Assembly: GCA_964387965.1 (NCBI GenBank)
Contig: CAYLXO010000003.1
Span: 1 to 43,196 of the forward strand
DNA: 43,196 nt
Direction of reading: 5' to 3'
Source: an uncultured Candidatus Saccharibacteria bacterium
Lineage (GTDB): Bacteria > Patescibacteriota > Minisyncoccia > Phycocordibacterales > UBA9973
Shown: positions 43,166 through 43,196 of the stretch, one piece after another
Layout of the letters: every line of letters begins with the position of its first letter
Position numbering within the stretch: the stretch's first letter is position 1
The notes under the pieces: generated by a model
The model's database searches: none
What the model saw: the letters and a program-made list of their open reading frames with translations, nothing else
Told to the model about the DNA's origin: nothing
Program-made: the position numbers and the translations under genes

Positions 43166-43196
43166 CAATAGCAAAAAAGAAACTGTGTATATTTTT

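Noticed and set aside
1-43196. CRISPR arrays, transposases, integrases, prophage blocks and rRNA genes.
   Set aside because: None was recognised on reading both strands. The only mobile-type signals are the LAGLIDADG gene and the tRNA-Leu 3' end duplication.
1-43196. An alternative genetic code (UGA recoding, as in some CPR lineages).
   Set aside because: Long homologous ORFs such as topA, clpB, infB and the 1630-aa protein are intact under the standard code, and the tRNA-Trp has a normal CCA anticodon.

Overview
This is a compact, AT-leaning bacterial chromosome segment with about 38 protein genes, 7 tRNAs and one ribosomal protein gene (rpmG) that is missing from the ORF track. No rRNA, CRISPR array, transposase or integrase was recognised. 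The left two thirds are housekeeping genes. They are a short dnaX, dus, an ftsQ-like gene, serS, dprA, topA, a truncated rel, parB, miaA, a short PPase-like gene and rpmG. Next comes a five-gene overlapping cell-wall operon (7-TM protein, Mur-family ligase, alpha/beta hydrolase, DegT aminotransferase, FemAB transferase). After it come clpB, a degenerate trypsin-like protein, a cysteine desulfurase, a DUF4446-like gene, a short infB and rbfA. The tRNAs are Leu-CAA, Trp-CCA, Tyr-GUA, Cys-GCA, Leu-UAA, Lys-CUU and Leu-UAG, and none encodes its CCA end. The right third (26994-43174) reads as a cell-surface island with three parts. The first is a roughly 1630-aa secreted protein combining a BNR propeller, Fn3 arrays, an SGNH/SASA-like esterase core and a peptidoglycan-binding tail. 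The second is an SPFH-like protein paired with a multi-TM protein, both carrying His-rich patches. The third is the most unusual locus: a minus-strand run of six paralogous two-helix pilin-like (TrbC/VirB2-type) modules. Three of these are fused behind one to about seven Fn3/Ig modules, and the run is co-operonic with an orphan membrane-anchored solute-binding protein and a SAM methyltransferase. No secretion or pilus ATPase is present in the window. Other notable points follow. A free-standing LAGLIDADG endonuclease is wedged between tRNA-Leu and miaA. A 19-nt duplicate of a tRNA-Leu 3' end brackets a structured 113-nt segment. Two distant loci share a promoter/operator palindrome (TTGAC-N5-GTCAA). 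At least ten genes appear to be leaderless. The gene content and style fit a Candidate Phyla Radiation / Patescibacteria genome, possibly Parcubacteria-like, but that is inference from the sequence only. All family assignments are by-eye motif recognition, and no searches were run.
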